A stretch of DNA of 64,000 nucleotides from Planctomycetota bacterium (GCA_021776735.1 JAJFFH010000042.1:8767-72766), one strand, 5' to 3'. Shown: positions 9,427 to 19,506, counted from the first letter of the stretch. The notes: generated from the letters alone by a model not told the origin. Numbers and translations are program-made.

Positions 9427-10521
9427 ATGCGGTTTGTTGTTTTGGTCTTGGCTTTGGTCGCGTTCGCACCGGTTGTCGCGGCGCAAAGTCTCACGCCGGG
9501 CGCGGACGTACCCACGCTCGAGATCGAGAAGTGGGTCAAGGGCGACGCGTTCAAGTTCGAGAAGGGCAAGGTCTACGTCGTCGAGTTCTGGGCGACGTGG
9601 TGCGGGCCGTGCATCGCGAGCATGCCGCACCTGAGCGAGCTGCAGGAGCACTACGGCGATGTCACGTTCGTCGGGGTCACGAAAGAGGATCCGAACAACA
9701 GCCTCGCCGCCGTCGAGGAGATGGTCAGGGACAAGGGGCCCGGGATGGGCTACACCGTCGCCTGGGACGCGGCGGGCAAGACGTACGACAACTTCATGAC
9801 CGCGTCGGGGTCGCGCGGCATTCCAACGTCGTTCATCGTCGACCAGAACTCAAAGATCGCGTACATCGGGCATCCGATGGGACTCGACATTCCGCTCAAG
9901 ATGGTCGTCGCCGGCAAATGGGATCCGGCCAAGGCGCAGGAAATCATGGCGCCGATCAACGAGCGCATCCGCGACGCCGTCATGAAGGGCCGCGAGGATC
10001 CGCAGGCGGGCGTCGCGGCGATCGACGCGATCGTGAAGGACACCCCCGAGCTGGCGAACATGCTCGATCAGTTCAAGAATGCATTCCTGCTCAAGGCCAA
10101 GATGTGGGACGCGTACGATGCCCACGCCAAGAAGGCCGTCGCCAAGGCGATCAAGTACCGCAACCCGCAGACGCTCAACCAGGTTGCCTGGACAATCGTC
10201 GATCCGGCCGGCGAGATCGAGAAAAAGAACCTCGATCTGGCGCTGCGCGCCGCCCAAAAGGGCGTGGAGTTCACGCACGAAAAGGACGCCGCGATCCTCG
10301 ACACACTCGCGCGCGTGTGGTTCTTGAAGGCCAAGTTCGACAAGGCGGTCAAGCTCCAGGAGCAGGCCGTCGCGCTCCAGGTCGAAACGCTCAACAAAGC
10401 CAAGAAGAGCGGCGGCGCCAAGGCCGCCGAGCAACACCTCGGGTTGTTGATGGACCTCAAGAAAACGCTCGCCGAGTTCAAGGCGAAGGCCGGCGCGGGC
10501 GATGCCAAGAAGGTCGGCTAG
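9427..10521 (+). CDS. TlpA/ResA-family periplasmic thiol:disulfide oxidoreductase with C-terminal helical extension
   Basis: Signal peptide, WATWCGPC active site, GGAGG RBS 8 nt upstream. Confidence 0.85.
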   Translation: MRFVVLVLALVAFAPVVAAQSLTPGADVPTLEIEKWVKGDAFKFEKGKVYVVEFWATWCGPCIASMPHLSELQEHYGDVTFVGVTKEDPNNSLAAVEEMVRDKGPGMGYTVAWDAAGKTYDNFMTASGSRGIPTSFIVDQNSKIAYIGHPMGLDIPLKMVVAGKWDPAKAQEIMAPINERIRDAVMKGREDPQAGVAAIDAIVKDTPELANMLDQFKNAFLLKAKMWDAYDAHAKKAVAKAIKYRNPQTLNQVAWTIVDPAGEIEKKNLDLALRAAQKGVEFTHEKDAAILDTLARVWFLKAKFDKAVKLQEQAVALQVETLNKAKKSGGAKAAEQHLGLLMDLKKTLAEFKAKAGAGDAKKVG

Positions 10522-10593
10522 CGTCACGGGACGCCGAATCGCAATCGTTCATTCGGGGAGCGGCCACATGGTCGCTCCCTTTTTTTTTGACGC

Positions 10594-11676
10594 TCAACGC
10601 ATCAGGGCGGCGCGGGTCTTTTTGTCGTACACCTTCGGGAACGAGCGCTTGTCGCCGATCGCGCGGTGGATTCGCTTGGCCAGGCCGACGCAGGCGCGGT
10701 GCATTCGGTCGCCCGCCGGAACCGGTTGCGGATAGCCGCGCTTGAGCAAGGTGCGGACCCGCTTGCCTGCTTTCTTGTGGCGCTTTGCGATGGCGGCCAG
10801 GGCATCGACCGAGATGCCGGTCAGGCCGTTACGGATCGCGCCGCTGGTGGCATGCGGTGCGATCACGTCGATCGAACGCGCGTCGCCGCACGTGGCCAGC
10901 GCCTGCACCGCACGGATGCGCAGCACGTTCGGGTTCAGGCTGTTTTTTGGTTCGTGCACGAGGCTTTCAAGCGCTTCGCGCGCCTCGGGCCGCCCGAGTT
11001 TTCCAAGCAGTGCACACACGCGGTAGCGAAACGGGTCGTTCGGGGTCGCCAGGAGCGCACCCGCCCGCTCCGCGACGAGTCCGGGTTTTTTGTCGGTCAA
11101 GACCCCGAGCGCCACGTAACGCACGACGATGTCTTGGTCCTCGAGCCCCGCGCGCGCGAGCTTGACCGACTTCTTGGTTTCGATCGCGTCCGCCCGTTTC
11201 TCCGCTGCCGCCGCATCCTTGAGCACCGCGCGCGAGCGCGTCTTGGCAACCCGCGTGGCGCGGACCGCCGCCAGAAACGACGCCGTCTTGCGTCCCGTGT
11301 GCCGCAGAATCCGCAGCGTCGCCGGATCGGCCAGAAAAAGCTGCGGCCAGCTCGACACCCCGAACCGCCAATGCGTCCGGGTCGCCGCGCGGTCGGCGCC
11401 GGTGCCGCTGAAATCGGTGTAGACGTAGAGCCAGACCGCCTTGTCGTAGACCGCCCTGAGCTCCGGATTCGGAAGCAACTGCTTCTCGACGATGACGCAG
11501 TGCGGTCAGTAGGTCTTGGTGAAGTACATAAAAAGCGGCAGGCCCTTTTCGAGCGCCTGTGCCCGCGCCCGAGCCAGATCGCGCACCCAGGGCGGACCGA
11601 CGGGCGGCGTCTCGCTCTTGCCCGCCCAGGCGGACGTCCCCAGCACCAACAAGATAGGCAACGCACGCATTCGCAT
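10594..11676 (-). CDS. candidate selenoprotein: secreted thioredoxin-fold (Thioredoxin_7/DUF255-like) domain with UPHC redox motif fused to HEAT-repeat domain; in-frame TGA at 11506-11508
   Basis: Translation from ATG 11676: signal peptide MRMRALPILLVLGTSAWAG, then ...GLPLFMYFTKTY-[TGA]-PHCVIVEKQLLPNPELRAVYDKAVWLYVYTD, continuous in frame with the 294-aa ORF. The TGA sits exactly at the first Cys of a CxxC motif. A 5-bp hairpin (GAAGC AGTT GCTTC) lies ~20 nt downstream. Confidence 0.55.
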
Positions 11677-11774
11677 GCGGGCACTCTACGGGACTCACCG
11701 GCACAAGAGTATCGCCGTCCGTTCCTGTCCGCAGGGTTTGTCGCCGAACCCGACCGATCATCCATAGTGGCGCC

Positions 11775-12224
11775 GTGGAAACCCACACGTTCACCTTCTC
11801 TCTTTGGGCCTGCCTCATTCCGATCGCGATCTCGCTCGTACCGCTCCTCTTTGGCATCCGCAGCCTTCGCCGCCGAAGCCGCCCCCTCGGCTGGTTTCTC
11901 GTCGGCTCCGGGGTCGTGCTCGCCCTGGTCTTCGGACCGATGCTCTTCACCGACCGCATCGTGATCGACGACCGGCACATCGAACACACCACCGGATTCT
12001 GGTTCGCGCCGACCCGCAAGGGATTCGTGTTCGCCGAAACCGAGAGGGTCCGGATACGCACGGAGCGGGTCGCGGATCCGCGCTCAAGCCACAACGTGGA
12101 CGCTTGGTACGTGTATCTGAAGACGGGGAAAACCCGCCGCCTCGTCGCCGGCGATCTGTGGTCGAGCCATCACGACGAGATCCTCGAGCTGCTACGCGCC
12201 CGCGGCGTGGACGTTTCGCGTTGA
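11775..12224 (+). CDS. hypothetical small membrane protein
   Basis: GTG start, two N-terminal TM helices, GC3-rich codon usage. Confidence 0.45.
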   Translation: METHTFTFSLWACLIPIAISLVPLLFGIRSLRRRSRPLGWFLVGSGVVLALVFGPMLFTDRIVIDDRHIEHTTGFWFAPTRKGFVFAETERVRIRTERVADPRSSHNVDAWYVYLKTGKTRRLVAGDLWSSHHDEILELLRARGVDVSR

Positions 12225-12269
12225 TCGGGTCCGTTCCGGAAAAGGGGATCGGCAGAAACAGCGAAAAAA

Positions 12270-12405
12270 GCGGACGGACGGCGACATCTGCCGTCCGCCG
12301 GGGGCGCGCTGCGGCGCGCCCCCCCCCCCCATTAACAGGAAACCGGGGCCGCCCGGCCAAATCTGCCGTCCGCGGGGGGCGCGCGGGGGCGCGCCCCCGC
12401 CCCCC
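12270..12405. repeat. tandem ~45-bp units, each an ATCTGCCGTCCGC box followed by a perfect GC hairpin (GGGGGCGCGC...GCGCGCCCCC), preceded by a motif-containing hairpin
   Basis: Unit 1 at 12286-12330 and unit 2 at 12361-12405, separated by a 30-nt spacer; GCGGACGGACGGCGACATCTGCCGTCCGCC self-complementary at 12270-12299. Confidence 0.8.
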
Positions 12406-12569
12406 TTTACCTGTATCCCGGGTCCGCCGGGGAACCGGCTCCGCTTGTTTTTCCGCGATTCCGTGGGACACTGGCCGCGGATTGGATATGAGCGGCGGCC
12501 GCTGGCCTGCCGATATCCCTTCAAGGACCGAGGCGGCTATCCTGAATATCTGCGCCTCGAAGGCACTTC

Positions 12570-14027
12570 ATGACCCAAGAGACTCAACGGCGGCGGACGA
12601 ACCGCGCCGCCCCCGACAACGACAACAACAGTAGCGAGAGCGCGTTTGCCGCGCTCGGACTCTCGCGCCGGCTTTGCGACACCGTGGCCAACGCGGGCTA
12701 CACAACGCCGACGCCGATTCAGAAAAAGGCCATTCCCGACGTGCTCGCCGGACGCGACCTGCTGGGTTGCGCACAGACCGGCACCGGCAAGACGGCGGCG
12801 TTCGCGCTGCCGATTCTGGATCAGCTTTCCGGGCACCGTCGCGATCACGGGCGCCAGCGCGGACGCGGACCTTGTGTCCTCGTGCTGGCACCGACGCGCG
12901 AACTTGCGGCGCAGATCGGTGACAGCTTTCGTACCTACGGACGCGGCACCGGCTTGCGCGGCCATGTGATTTTCGGCGGCGTCGGCAAGGGACCGCAAAA
13001 AAAGGCACTGCGCGACGGCCTTGAGATTCTCGTCGCCACGCCGGGCCGCCTGCTCGACCTGATGGGCGAGGGCCTCGTCGATCTCTCCGGCATCTCGCAC
13101 TTCGTGCTCGACGAGGCGGATCGCATGCTCGACATGGGATTCATCCGCGACGTCCGGCGCATCATCCGCGAGATTCCGCGCGAGCGTCAGACACTCCTCT
13201 TTTCCGCGACGATGCCGACGCAAATCCGAACGCTGTCGCGCGAGATTCTCAACGATCCGCTCCACGTCGCGGTCGATCCCGTCTCCTCGACATGCGAGCC
13301 GACCTCGCAAGGGGTCCACTTCGTCGACCAAAACGAAAAGACGAACCTGCTGCTCGAGCTCTTGAACGACGCAGAGGTCGCCATTGACCGCGTGCTGGTG
13401 TTTACTCGCACGAAGCACCGCGCCAACCGCGTGACAAAACAACTCTGCCGCGCGGACGTCCCGGCTGCCGCGATCCACGGCAACAAGTCGCAGGCAGCAC
13501 GCGAGCGCGCGCTGGCCGGCTTCAAGCGGGGCGACCTGCGGGTTATGGTCGCCACCGACATCGCGGCGCGTGGCATCGACATCAAGGATCTGTCGCACGT
13601 CGTCAACTACGACCTGCCGAACGAGCCGGAGAGCTACGTCCACCGCGTCGGTCGCACCGGACGCGCCGGCCTCGCCGGAGCTGCCATCGCGTTTTGCTCT
13701 CCGGACGAGCGCGACTACCTGCGCGACATCGAGCGCCTGACCAAGCGGCCGCTGGACCGGATCGGCGGCATCGACCGCGCGCCGACCAAGCCCGCCCCGC
13801 GCCCCCAAAGCCGTGGCGGAAACCGCAACGCTCCCCGTAGTACTTCCCGGAATGGAGACCGAACCCGGAACGGAAACGGAAACGGCAACCGCAACGGGAA
13901 TCGGGACGGCGGACGGAACGGCGACCAAGGCGACCGCGCGAGCAGCCAGAACGGGGACCGCAACGCACCCCGAAACGGCGACGGCCCGCGACCGAGCCGC
14001 GGCGGACAGCGCCGACGCAGACGGTAG
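12570..14027 (+). CDS. rhlE: DEAD-box ATP-dependent RNA helicase (RhlE-like) with C-terminal RGG/NG-rich tail
   Basis: Q-motif, AQTGTGKT, DEAD, SAT and HRVGRTGRAG motifs. Confidence 0.9.
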   Translation: MTQETQRRRTNRAAPDNDNNSSESAFAALGLSRRLCDTVANAGYTTPTPIQKKAIPDVLAGRDLLGCAQTGTGKTAAFALPILDQLSGHRRDHGRQRGRGPCVLVLAPTRELAAQIGDSFRTYGRGTGLRGHVIFGGVGKGPQKKALRDGLEILVATPGRLLDLMGEGLVDLSGISHFVLDEADRMLDMGFIRDVRRIIREIPRERQTLLFSATMPTQIRTLSREILNDPLHVAVDPVSSTCEPTSQGVHFVDQNEKTNLLLELLNDAEVAIDRVLVFTRTKHRANRVTKQLCRADVPAAAIHGNKSQAARERALAGFKRGDLRVMVATDIAARGIDIKDLSHVVNYDLPNEPESYVHRVGRTGRAGLAGAAIAFCSPDERDYLRDIERLTKRPLDRIGGIDRAPTKPAPRPQSRGGNRNAPRSTSRNGDRTRNGNGNGNRNGNRDGGRNGDQGDRASSQNGDRNAPRNGDGPRPSRGGQRRRRR

Positions 14028-14030
14028 CCA

Positions 14031-14108
14031 ACGGACGGCGATACTCAGGGGGCGCTCCGGAGCCCCTGCAGCTCCCCCGGTCCACGGCCAAACGACATCG
14101 CCGTCCGT
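14031..14108. repeat. inverted pair of the dispersed ACGGACGGCGAT motif forming a long hairpin downstream of the DEAD-box helicase gene
   Basis: ACGGACGGCGAT at 14031-14042 and ATCGCCGTCCGT at 14097-14108, separated by 54 nt; candidate terminator-like structure. Confidence 0.7.
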
Positions 14109-14198
14109 ACGCTCCCTCAAGGACGCGCGCCCGTCCCCGCGAACCGGATACACTTCCGTTCATCGGTGCCCCACCACGAACGGCGAAGGAGCGGGTTC

Positions 14199-14876
14199 AT
14201 GTTCACCAGCAAGGCGTTCGCGTTTCTCAAGGAACTCGAGCACAACAACGACAAGGCGTGGTTTCACAAGAACCGTGGGCGCTACGAAGAGCATCCTCTT
14301 GAGCCGATGCTCGCGTTCATTCGCGCGATGGAGCCGCGGCTCGCGAAGATCTCGCGACACATCCGGGTGAGCGACAGAAAGGTCGGCGGCTCGTTGATGC
14401 GCTTTCACCGAGACGTACGGTTCTCGAAGGATAAATCGCCGTACAACACGTTCCTGGCGGCACGGTTCGGGCACGAAGCGGGCAAGGACGCGGGCGGCGT
14501 CGGATTCTATTTTCGGATCACGGCGAACGACTGCGCGCTCGGGACCGGCATCTGGAAACCCGAAACCGCATTGGCCCGGACGATCCGCGAGCACATCGCA
14601 AACGATCCCCAGGCGTGGAAGTCGGCGACGACGGGCAAGGCGTTTCGCGATGCGTTCGGCGGACTCGCGGGCGAAAGCCTGAAGCGACCGCCCAAGGGGC
14701 TTGATCCCGAACACAAGTTCATCGAGGACCTGAAGCGCAAGGACTTCGTCGCGTTCGCCGAGTGGAAGACGGCCGCGGCAAAGAAGCCGGATCTCGACAA
14801 GACGGTCGCACAGGCATACCGCGCGTCGTCGAAGCTGATCGCATTCTTGTGCGCGGCCATGGATCTGCCGTTTTAG
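14199..14876 (+). CDS. DUF2461 (TIGR02453) family protein
   Basis: AAGGAG RBS 7 nt upstream of ATG; FLKELEHNNDKAWFHKNRGRYE signature. Confidence 0.75.
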   Translation: MFTSKAFAFLKELEHNNDKAWFHKNRGRYEEHPLEPMLAFIRAMEPRLAKISRHIRVSDRKVGGSLMRFHRDVRFSKDKSPYNTFLAARFGHEAGKDAGGVGFYFRITANDCALGTGIWKPETALARTIREHIANDPQAWKSATTGKAFRDAFGGLAGESLKRPPKGLDPEHKFIEDLKRKDFVAFAEWKTAAAKKPDLDKTVAQAYRASSKLIAFLCAAMDLPF

Positions 14877-15367
14877 CGCGCGCCGCGAATGGCTTTCTTG
14901 AGGAGCGCGACCTGGCCCATGTGGTAGGCGTCGTGTTGCGCGAGGCCGTGAAGCATCACGGTGTAGGTCACACCCGAGCCCGCCGCCTGGTCACGCTTTG
15001 TTCCGAATCGTTCGGCCAAACGTGACGACGAGAGTCCCGCCAGACGCTCGACGAGAGTCCGGTGCGCTTGCTCGTGCGCGTGCAGCGTACTTTTCCACGC
15101 TGCGTCTGTGGTCTCCAATACGGGCGGCCAATCGCCGTCTTCGAACGCGTCTGTCGGGGTACCGGTCAAGAGCCGTTGCGCGACTTCGTTCGTCCACGCG
15201 GTGAGATGCACGAGGATCTCCCGGATCGTGTGCGCGCCAGGAATTGGGCGCGCTACAGCCTCCCGCGCCGTGACATCATCGAGGACCGCACGCGCTGAAG
15301 CCCCGTGCCACGGGTCACCGTCGTGTCCCCGCCGCAACTCGTCAAGCAAGACCTCGATTTCAGCCAT
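14873..15367 (-). CDS. DinB/YfiT-like (DinB_2) metal-dependent hydrolase superfamily protein
   Basis: H..H...H spacing (HLTAW, HAHEQAH, HDAYHMGQ). Confidence 0.7.
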   Translation of the reverse strand: MAEIEVLLDELRRGHDGDPWHGASARAVLDDVTAREAVARPIPGAHTIREILVHLTAWTNEVAQRLLTGTPTDAFEDGDWPPVLETTDAAWKSTLHAHEQAHRTLVERLAGLSSSRLAERFGTKRDQAAGSGVTYTVMLHGLAQHDAYHMGQVALLKKAIRGAR

Positions 15368-15857
15368 GCCGACATTTTAGCTGGGCGGACGAGGAGAAGT
15401 TCTTGCCACCGAGATCATAGAGGTCGCAGAGATGAGAGACGATCACGATTACTTCTTGGCCCGAGTCCCGTCCTACCTGAAAAGCACAGGGCTAGAGCGT
15501 GACATAGCCATCAACGTTGGTAGTCGGCGATTGGTGAATGGCATTCAGCGAGTCTCTCTGTGATCTCGGTGTCCTCTGTGGCTGAGACCCGGTTCCCGGC
15601 GCGGCCGCCCAACAAGCCGATGCAGCGGACGGCCCTTCGGGCCGCCGCTGATCAGCAAGGCGATCTACATTACTGTCATCCGAACCCGAACCGACGGTCA
15701 TGTCGCCTCCGAGTCACCGAGAACTCCCGGCGTTTCTGGGTGTCGCACACGATTTCCGCTCGCAACCTGGGTGCGCCGACCTGGCAGCGGCGGCGCGGCA
15801 GGACGGATTCCGCATCTGGTACTCTCACGATGTGGTGCGAATGTGGATGGTTCGCCG

Positions 15858-16877
15858 ATGAGCGCCCGAGTCGGCGTGTTCGGGGCCGGCTACTGGGGTG
15901 CGATCGCGGAGGCGGCGGCACGTTGGCTGCCGGACGACCTGTCCATCGACCGCGTCTGGTCGCGCCGCGGGGAGCGCGCCGACGCGCTGGCATCGCGGAT
16001 CGGATGCCGTGTCGCCCGTTCGCTCGATGACGTCGCGGATCTGGACGTGGCCGTCGCGGGCGTTCCGCCCACCGCGATCACTCCGGTGACCGAGGCGTGT
16101 CTCGAGCACGGCGTGCGCTGTATCTTGGAAAAACCCGTGTCGCTCGACCCGGCGCGGATTCGCCAGTGGGCGGCGTGGTTCGACGCTGCAGACCTGTCCA
16201 CCGCCGTCCACCTTCAGGGACGGTTCGTCCCGGCCATGCATGCCGTGCGCACAGCGGTCGCATCGGGGCGGTATGGACGCCTCCTCGAAGTAGACGTCAC
16301 GGCCCTGGGCAACCGCGGCTGCGACGCCTCGAAGGACCCGCACTCCTGGATCCACCGGGTCGAAGACGGGGGTGGCATCGCCGGGATCTCGGGGCCGCAT
16401 GCGGCCGAGTTCCTGCTCGCGCTCGCCGGAAACGGCGAAGCCGTGTTCTCGCGATCCTGGACGGAGGTGGCGAGCCGGCCCGATCGCGATGGCATCATGC
16501 AAGCGTGCACGGCCGACGACAACGTGGAGGTCCTGACGGCGCACGACAATGGCGTCCGCGGGCGTCTGCGGCTGGGCACGACGGCACGCAGGAAGGAAGA
16601 GACGTGGTCCGCGCGCTGCGAGGAGGGCACGCTGCGGATCGGTGCGGACGATCGCGCCGTGATCGTCGAGAACTTCGGAAAGACGACCCCACTGCCGTCG
16701 GACCGACACGACGTGCTGGCGAGCGTCGGCCTCGCCGACCACCCCGGGCTGTGCGAGTGCCCCGACGGCGTCTTTCCTGCGCTGGTATTGCTCACCGTGT
16801 TTGTGCGTAGCGAGGCGCCGCTGCCCGATCTCCCGCTCATGGCGAAGTGCATGGACCTGTTGTCCGCCCGCGCGTGA
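15858..16877 (+). CDS. Gfo/Idh/MocA family oxidoreductase
   Basis: VGVFGAGYWG Rossmann motif, EKP motif. Confidence 0.75.
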   Translation: MSARVGVFGAGYWGAIAEAAARWLPDDLSIDRVWSRRGERADALASRIGCRVARSLDDVADLDVAVAGVPPTAITPVTEACLEHGVRCILEKPVSLDPARIRQWAAWFDAADLSTAVHLQGRFVPAMHAVRTAVASGRYGRLLEVDVTALGNRGCDASKDPHSWIHRVEDGGGIAGISGPHAAEFLLALAGNGEAVFSRSWTEVASRPDRDGIMQACTADDNVEVLTAHDNGVRGRLRLGTTARRKEETWSARCEEGTLRIGADDRAVIVENFGKTTPLPSDRHDVLASVGLADHPGLCECPDGVFPALVLLTVFVRSEAPLPDLPLMAKCMDLLSARA

Positions 16878-16898
16878 CAAGCGGGGAATCGATACAGC

Positions 16899-18104
16899 GT
16901 GACCAAGGACTTTCGGCGCTTCTGGGCATCGCAGACGATTTCCGTGATCGGCACCCAGGTGCGCGAGATCGCGCTGCCGCTGGCCGCGATCACGCTGCTA
17001 CACGCGAGCGCGGCCCAGATGGGCTGGCTCGTTGCCATGCGGCACCTCCCCATGGCGGTGCTCGGACTCGCCGCGGGCGTGTGGGTCGATCGGCTGCGGC
17101 GCCGGCCGATCATGGTCGTCGCGGACCTCTCGCGCGCGCTGCTGGTCGGCTCGGTTCCCGTCGCGTTCCTCGTGTTCGATCGCCTCTCGATGATGCACCT
17201 CTATGCGGTGGCCCTGGGAACCGGCGCGTTCAAGGTCGTGTACGCCGTGGCCGACCGCGCCTACCTGCCGACGCTGCTCCCGCGCGATCAGCTCGTCGCC
17301 GCAAACAGCCGCATCTTTTTCAGTTTCTCGTTCGCGCGGACGGTCGGACCGGGTCTCGGTGGGCTGTTGGTCAAGCTCGCCACGGCGCCGCTGGCGCTGC
17401 TGATCGACGCGTTCTCGTTTCTGCTCTCGGGCGTGCTACTGCTGTTCATCCGCAAGGCAGAAGCGCCGCCGCGGTCGAAGACATCGGTCCCCATGGTGGC
17501 CGGAATCCGCGAAGGCCTCGGCCGCGTATGGCGCGACCCACTGCTGCGGCCACTCGTCCTGTGCGGCGGCACCCACAACATCTGCAGCACGGCGATCGTC
17601 GCACTCTATTTCTTGTACCTGTCCCGGTACCTCGGGTTTTCGGCAGCCGTGCTCGGCACCGTACTGCTGGTCGGCGGGGCCGGCGCGATCCTGGGATCGA
17701 TGGTGGCGGGCCGCCTGGCGCGGCGTCGCGGCATCGGTCCGACCCTGATCGTCGCCCAGGTGTTCAGCGGCATCGCGCGGCTGCTGGTCCCGCTCGCCGC
17801 CGGCCCCTCCCCCTGGGCGCTGGTCGTCCTGGCCGTTTCGGAACTCATGCTCGGCACGATGCGCGCGATCTTCAACATCACGCAGATCAGCCTGCGCCAG
17901 GCGATCACGGCCGACGCGTGGCAGGGCCGGGTCAACGGCACGATCGGATTTCTGCTGTGGGTGCTCACGCCGCTCGGAGCACTCGCCGGCGGCTACCTCG
18001 GTGACGCGTTCGGTCTGCGCCCGACGCTCTTCGGCGCAGCCCTCGGCGTGACCGCTTCCACTCTTTGGATGTGGCGATCGCCCTTGCGCACATACCGCGG
18101 CTGA
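16899..18104 (+). CDS. MFS transporter
   Basis: 12 predicted TM helices; FRRFWASQTISVIG N-terminus typical of MFS_3/enterobactin-exporter-like family. Confidence 0.85.
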   Translation: MTKDFRRFWASQTISVIGTQVREIALPLAAITLLHASAAQMGWLVAMRHLPMAVLGLAAGVWVDRLRRRPIMVVADLSRALLVGSVPVAFLVFDRLSMMHLYAVALGTGAFKVVYAVADRAYLPTLLPRDQLVAANSRIFFSFSFARTVGPGLGGLLVKLATAPLALLIDAFSFLLSGVLLLFIRKAEAPPRSKTSVPMVAGIREGLGRVWRDPLLRPLVLCGGTHNICSTAIVALYFLYLSRYLGFSAAVLGTVLLVGGAGAILGSMVAGRLARRRGIGPTLIVAQVFSGIARLLVPLAAGPSPWALVVLAVSELMLGTMRAIFNITQISLRQAITADAWQGRVNGTIGFLLWVLTPLGALAGGYLGDAFGLRPTLFGAALGVTASTLWMWRSPLRTYRG

Positions 18105-18216
18105 ACCCCGGACGGAAGCAGACGGACGGCGATTTCGCGGTGCACCGGCTCTGTGCCCCCGCCCCCCCATTCCACACATGGTTCTCGTCCCACGCGCTAC
18201 AGTGGCCCACAGTTCC

Positions 18217-18999
18217 ATGAGCACGTTCCCGGACAACTTCTCGGACCAGGCGGGCGCGTACAGCCGCCACCGGCCGCGCTATCCGGCCGCGATCTTTATG
18301 CATGTCGCCGGGCATGCGCCCGCCACCGATCGGGTGTGGGACTGCGCGACCGGCAACGGCCAGGCTGCACTCGGGCTCGTCGAGCATTTCGCAGAGGTCA
18401 TCGCGACGGACGCGAGCGCGGCGCAGCTCGAAAACGCGGTCCCGCATCCGGGCGTCACGTACCGCGAGGCACCGGCGGAGGAAAGCGGACTCGACGACGC
18501 GTCGGTCGATCTCGTCTACGTCGCGCAGGCGCTGCACTGGTTTGACTTCGACCGGTTCTACGCCGAGGTGCGACGCGTGCTGCGGCCCGGCGGTCTCGTC
18601 GCCGCCACGCTCTACCAGCAGACCGAGATCACCCCCGAAGTCGACGTCATCCTGCGCCGGTTCCACGACGACATCGTCGGCGCCCACTGGCCGCCGCAGA
18701 CCAAGTGGTCGCACGCGTACTACAAGACGATCCCGTTTCCCTTCGACGAGCCGCGCAAGCTGCAAGCACCGGCCGGCCTCGCAGCCGAGGCCGTATGGAC
18801 GTACGCGGACGCTCTGGGATACATCGAGAGCTGGTCGGCAACACAGCGCTACAAGCGCGCGCTCGACAAGAACCCGGTCGACGAAATCCGCACGGACCTC
18901 GAAGCCGCATGGGGACCGCCGGACATCCAACGCGCCGTTCGCTGGCCCCTGGTGGCCCGAATCGGAAGAGTAGAGAACCGCAGCGAAGAGAACCGGTAG
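18217..18999 (+). CDS. class I SAM-dependent methyltransferase (Methyltransf_11-like)
   Basis: VWDCATGNGQAA motif I; LVYVAQALHW. Confidence 0.8.
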   Translation: MSTFPDNFSDQAGAYSRHRPRYPAAIFMHVAGHAPATDRVWDCATGNGQAALGLVEHFAEVIATDASAAQLENAVPHPGVTYREAPAEESGLDDASVDLVYVAQALHWFDFDRFYAEVRRVLRPGGLVAATLYQQTEITPEVDVILRRFHDDIVGAHWPPQTKWSHAYYKTIPFPFDEPRKLQAPAGLAAEAVWTYADALGYIESWSATQRYKRALDKNPVDEIRTDLEAAWGPPDIQRAVRWPLVARIGRVENRSEENR

Positions 19000-19035
19000 C
19001 AAACGGACGGCGATTCTTGCGATTGCCGTTCGTCC

Positions 19036-19506
19036 ATGCCCAAGAAGACATCCAAGCCCTTTACTAAGCGTGTGCTCAAGCGTTACGCGGAAATGTTACT
19101 GCGCCACATCCACCAGTGCGGCGGACGCGACCGGTACGTTTCGGTCGAGGAGATCGAGGACGCCCTCGGGCTGGAAGCGTGGCTGGTGCTGCGTCTGTGC
19201 CGCACTCACCTGCGCGCCGACGTCCATGTGGCGCGGCGCGCGCCCGTACGGCTCGCCGACAGCGGCGATTTCCAGTCCACGCTCGAACGAGAGTGGATGC
19301 GCTGCCTGGTCGCCGAACCCCACGTCCGCATCCGCCCCTGCGCGGTGCGCCTGACGGAGAAGGAGCTGCTGCGTCCCAAGAAGCGCCCCCGGAGGAGCAA
19401 GCGCAAGAGCCGCAAACAGAGGAGTATCGCCGTCCGTCTGCTTTGGCCTGGGGGCTTGCCGTTTCGCAAGATATCGGGGATCGTGGGTGCGTGGCTGACG
19501 AACTGA
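19036..19506 (+). CDS. hypothetical basic protein
   Basis: ATG ORF of balanced composition until a lysine/arginine tail; the 3' end overlaps a dispersed-motif copy. Confidence 0.3.
   Translation: MPKKTSKPFTKRVLKRYAEMLLRHIHQCGGRDRYVSVEEIEDALGLEAWLVLRLCRTHLRADVHVARRAPVRLADSGDFQSTLEREWMRCLVAEPHVRIRPCAVRLTEKELLRPKKRPRRSKRKSRKQRSIAVRLLWPGGLPFRKISGIVGAWLTN

Noticed and set aside
8150-9634. 494-aa plus-strand ORF
   Set aside because: R/S-rich; overlaps the cyclase and lipoprotein genes in antisense.
11516-11767. 83-aa plus-strand ORF
   Set aside because: Antisense of the selenoprotein N-terminus and overlaps a motif copy (the IAVR peptide artefact).
12286-12405. Possible CRISPR array (two direct repeats with palindromes)
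   Set aside because: Only two units, repeats are G/C homopolymer hairpins, spacers are not unique-like, and there are no cas genes.
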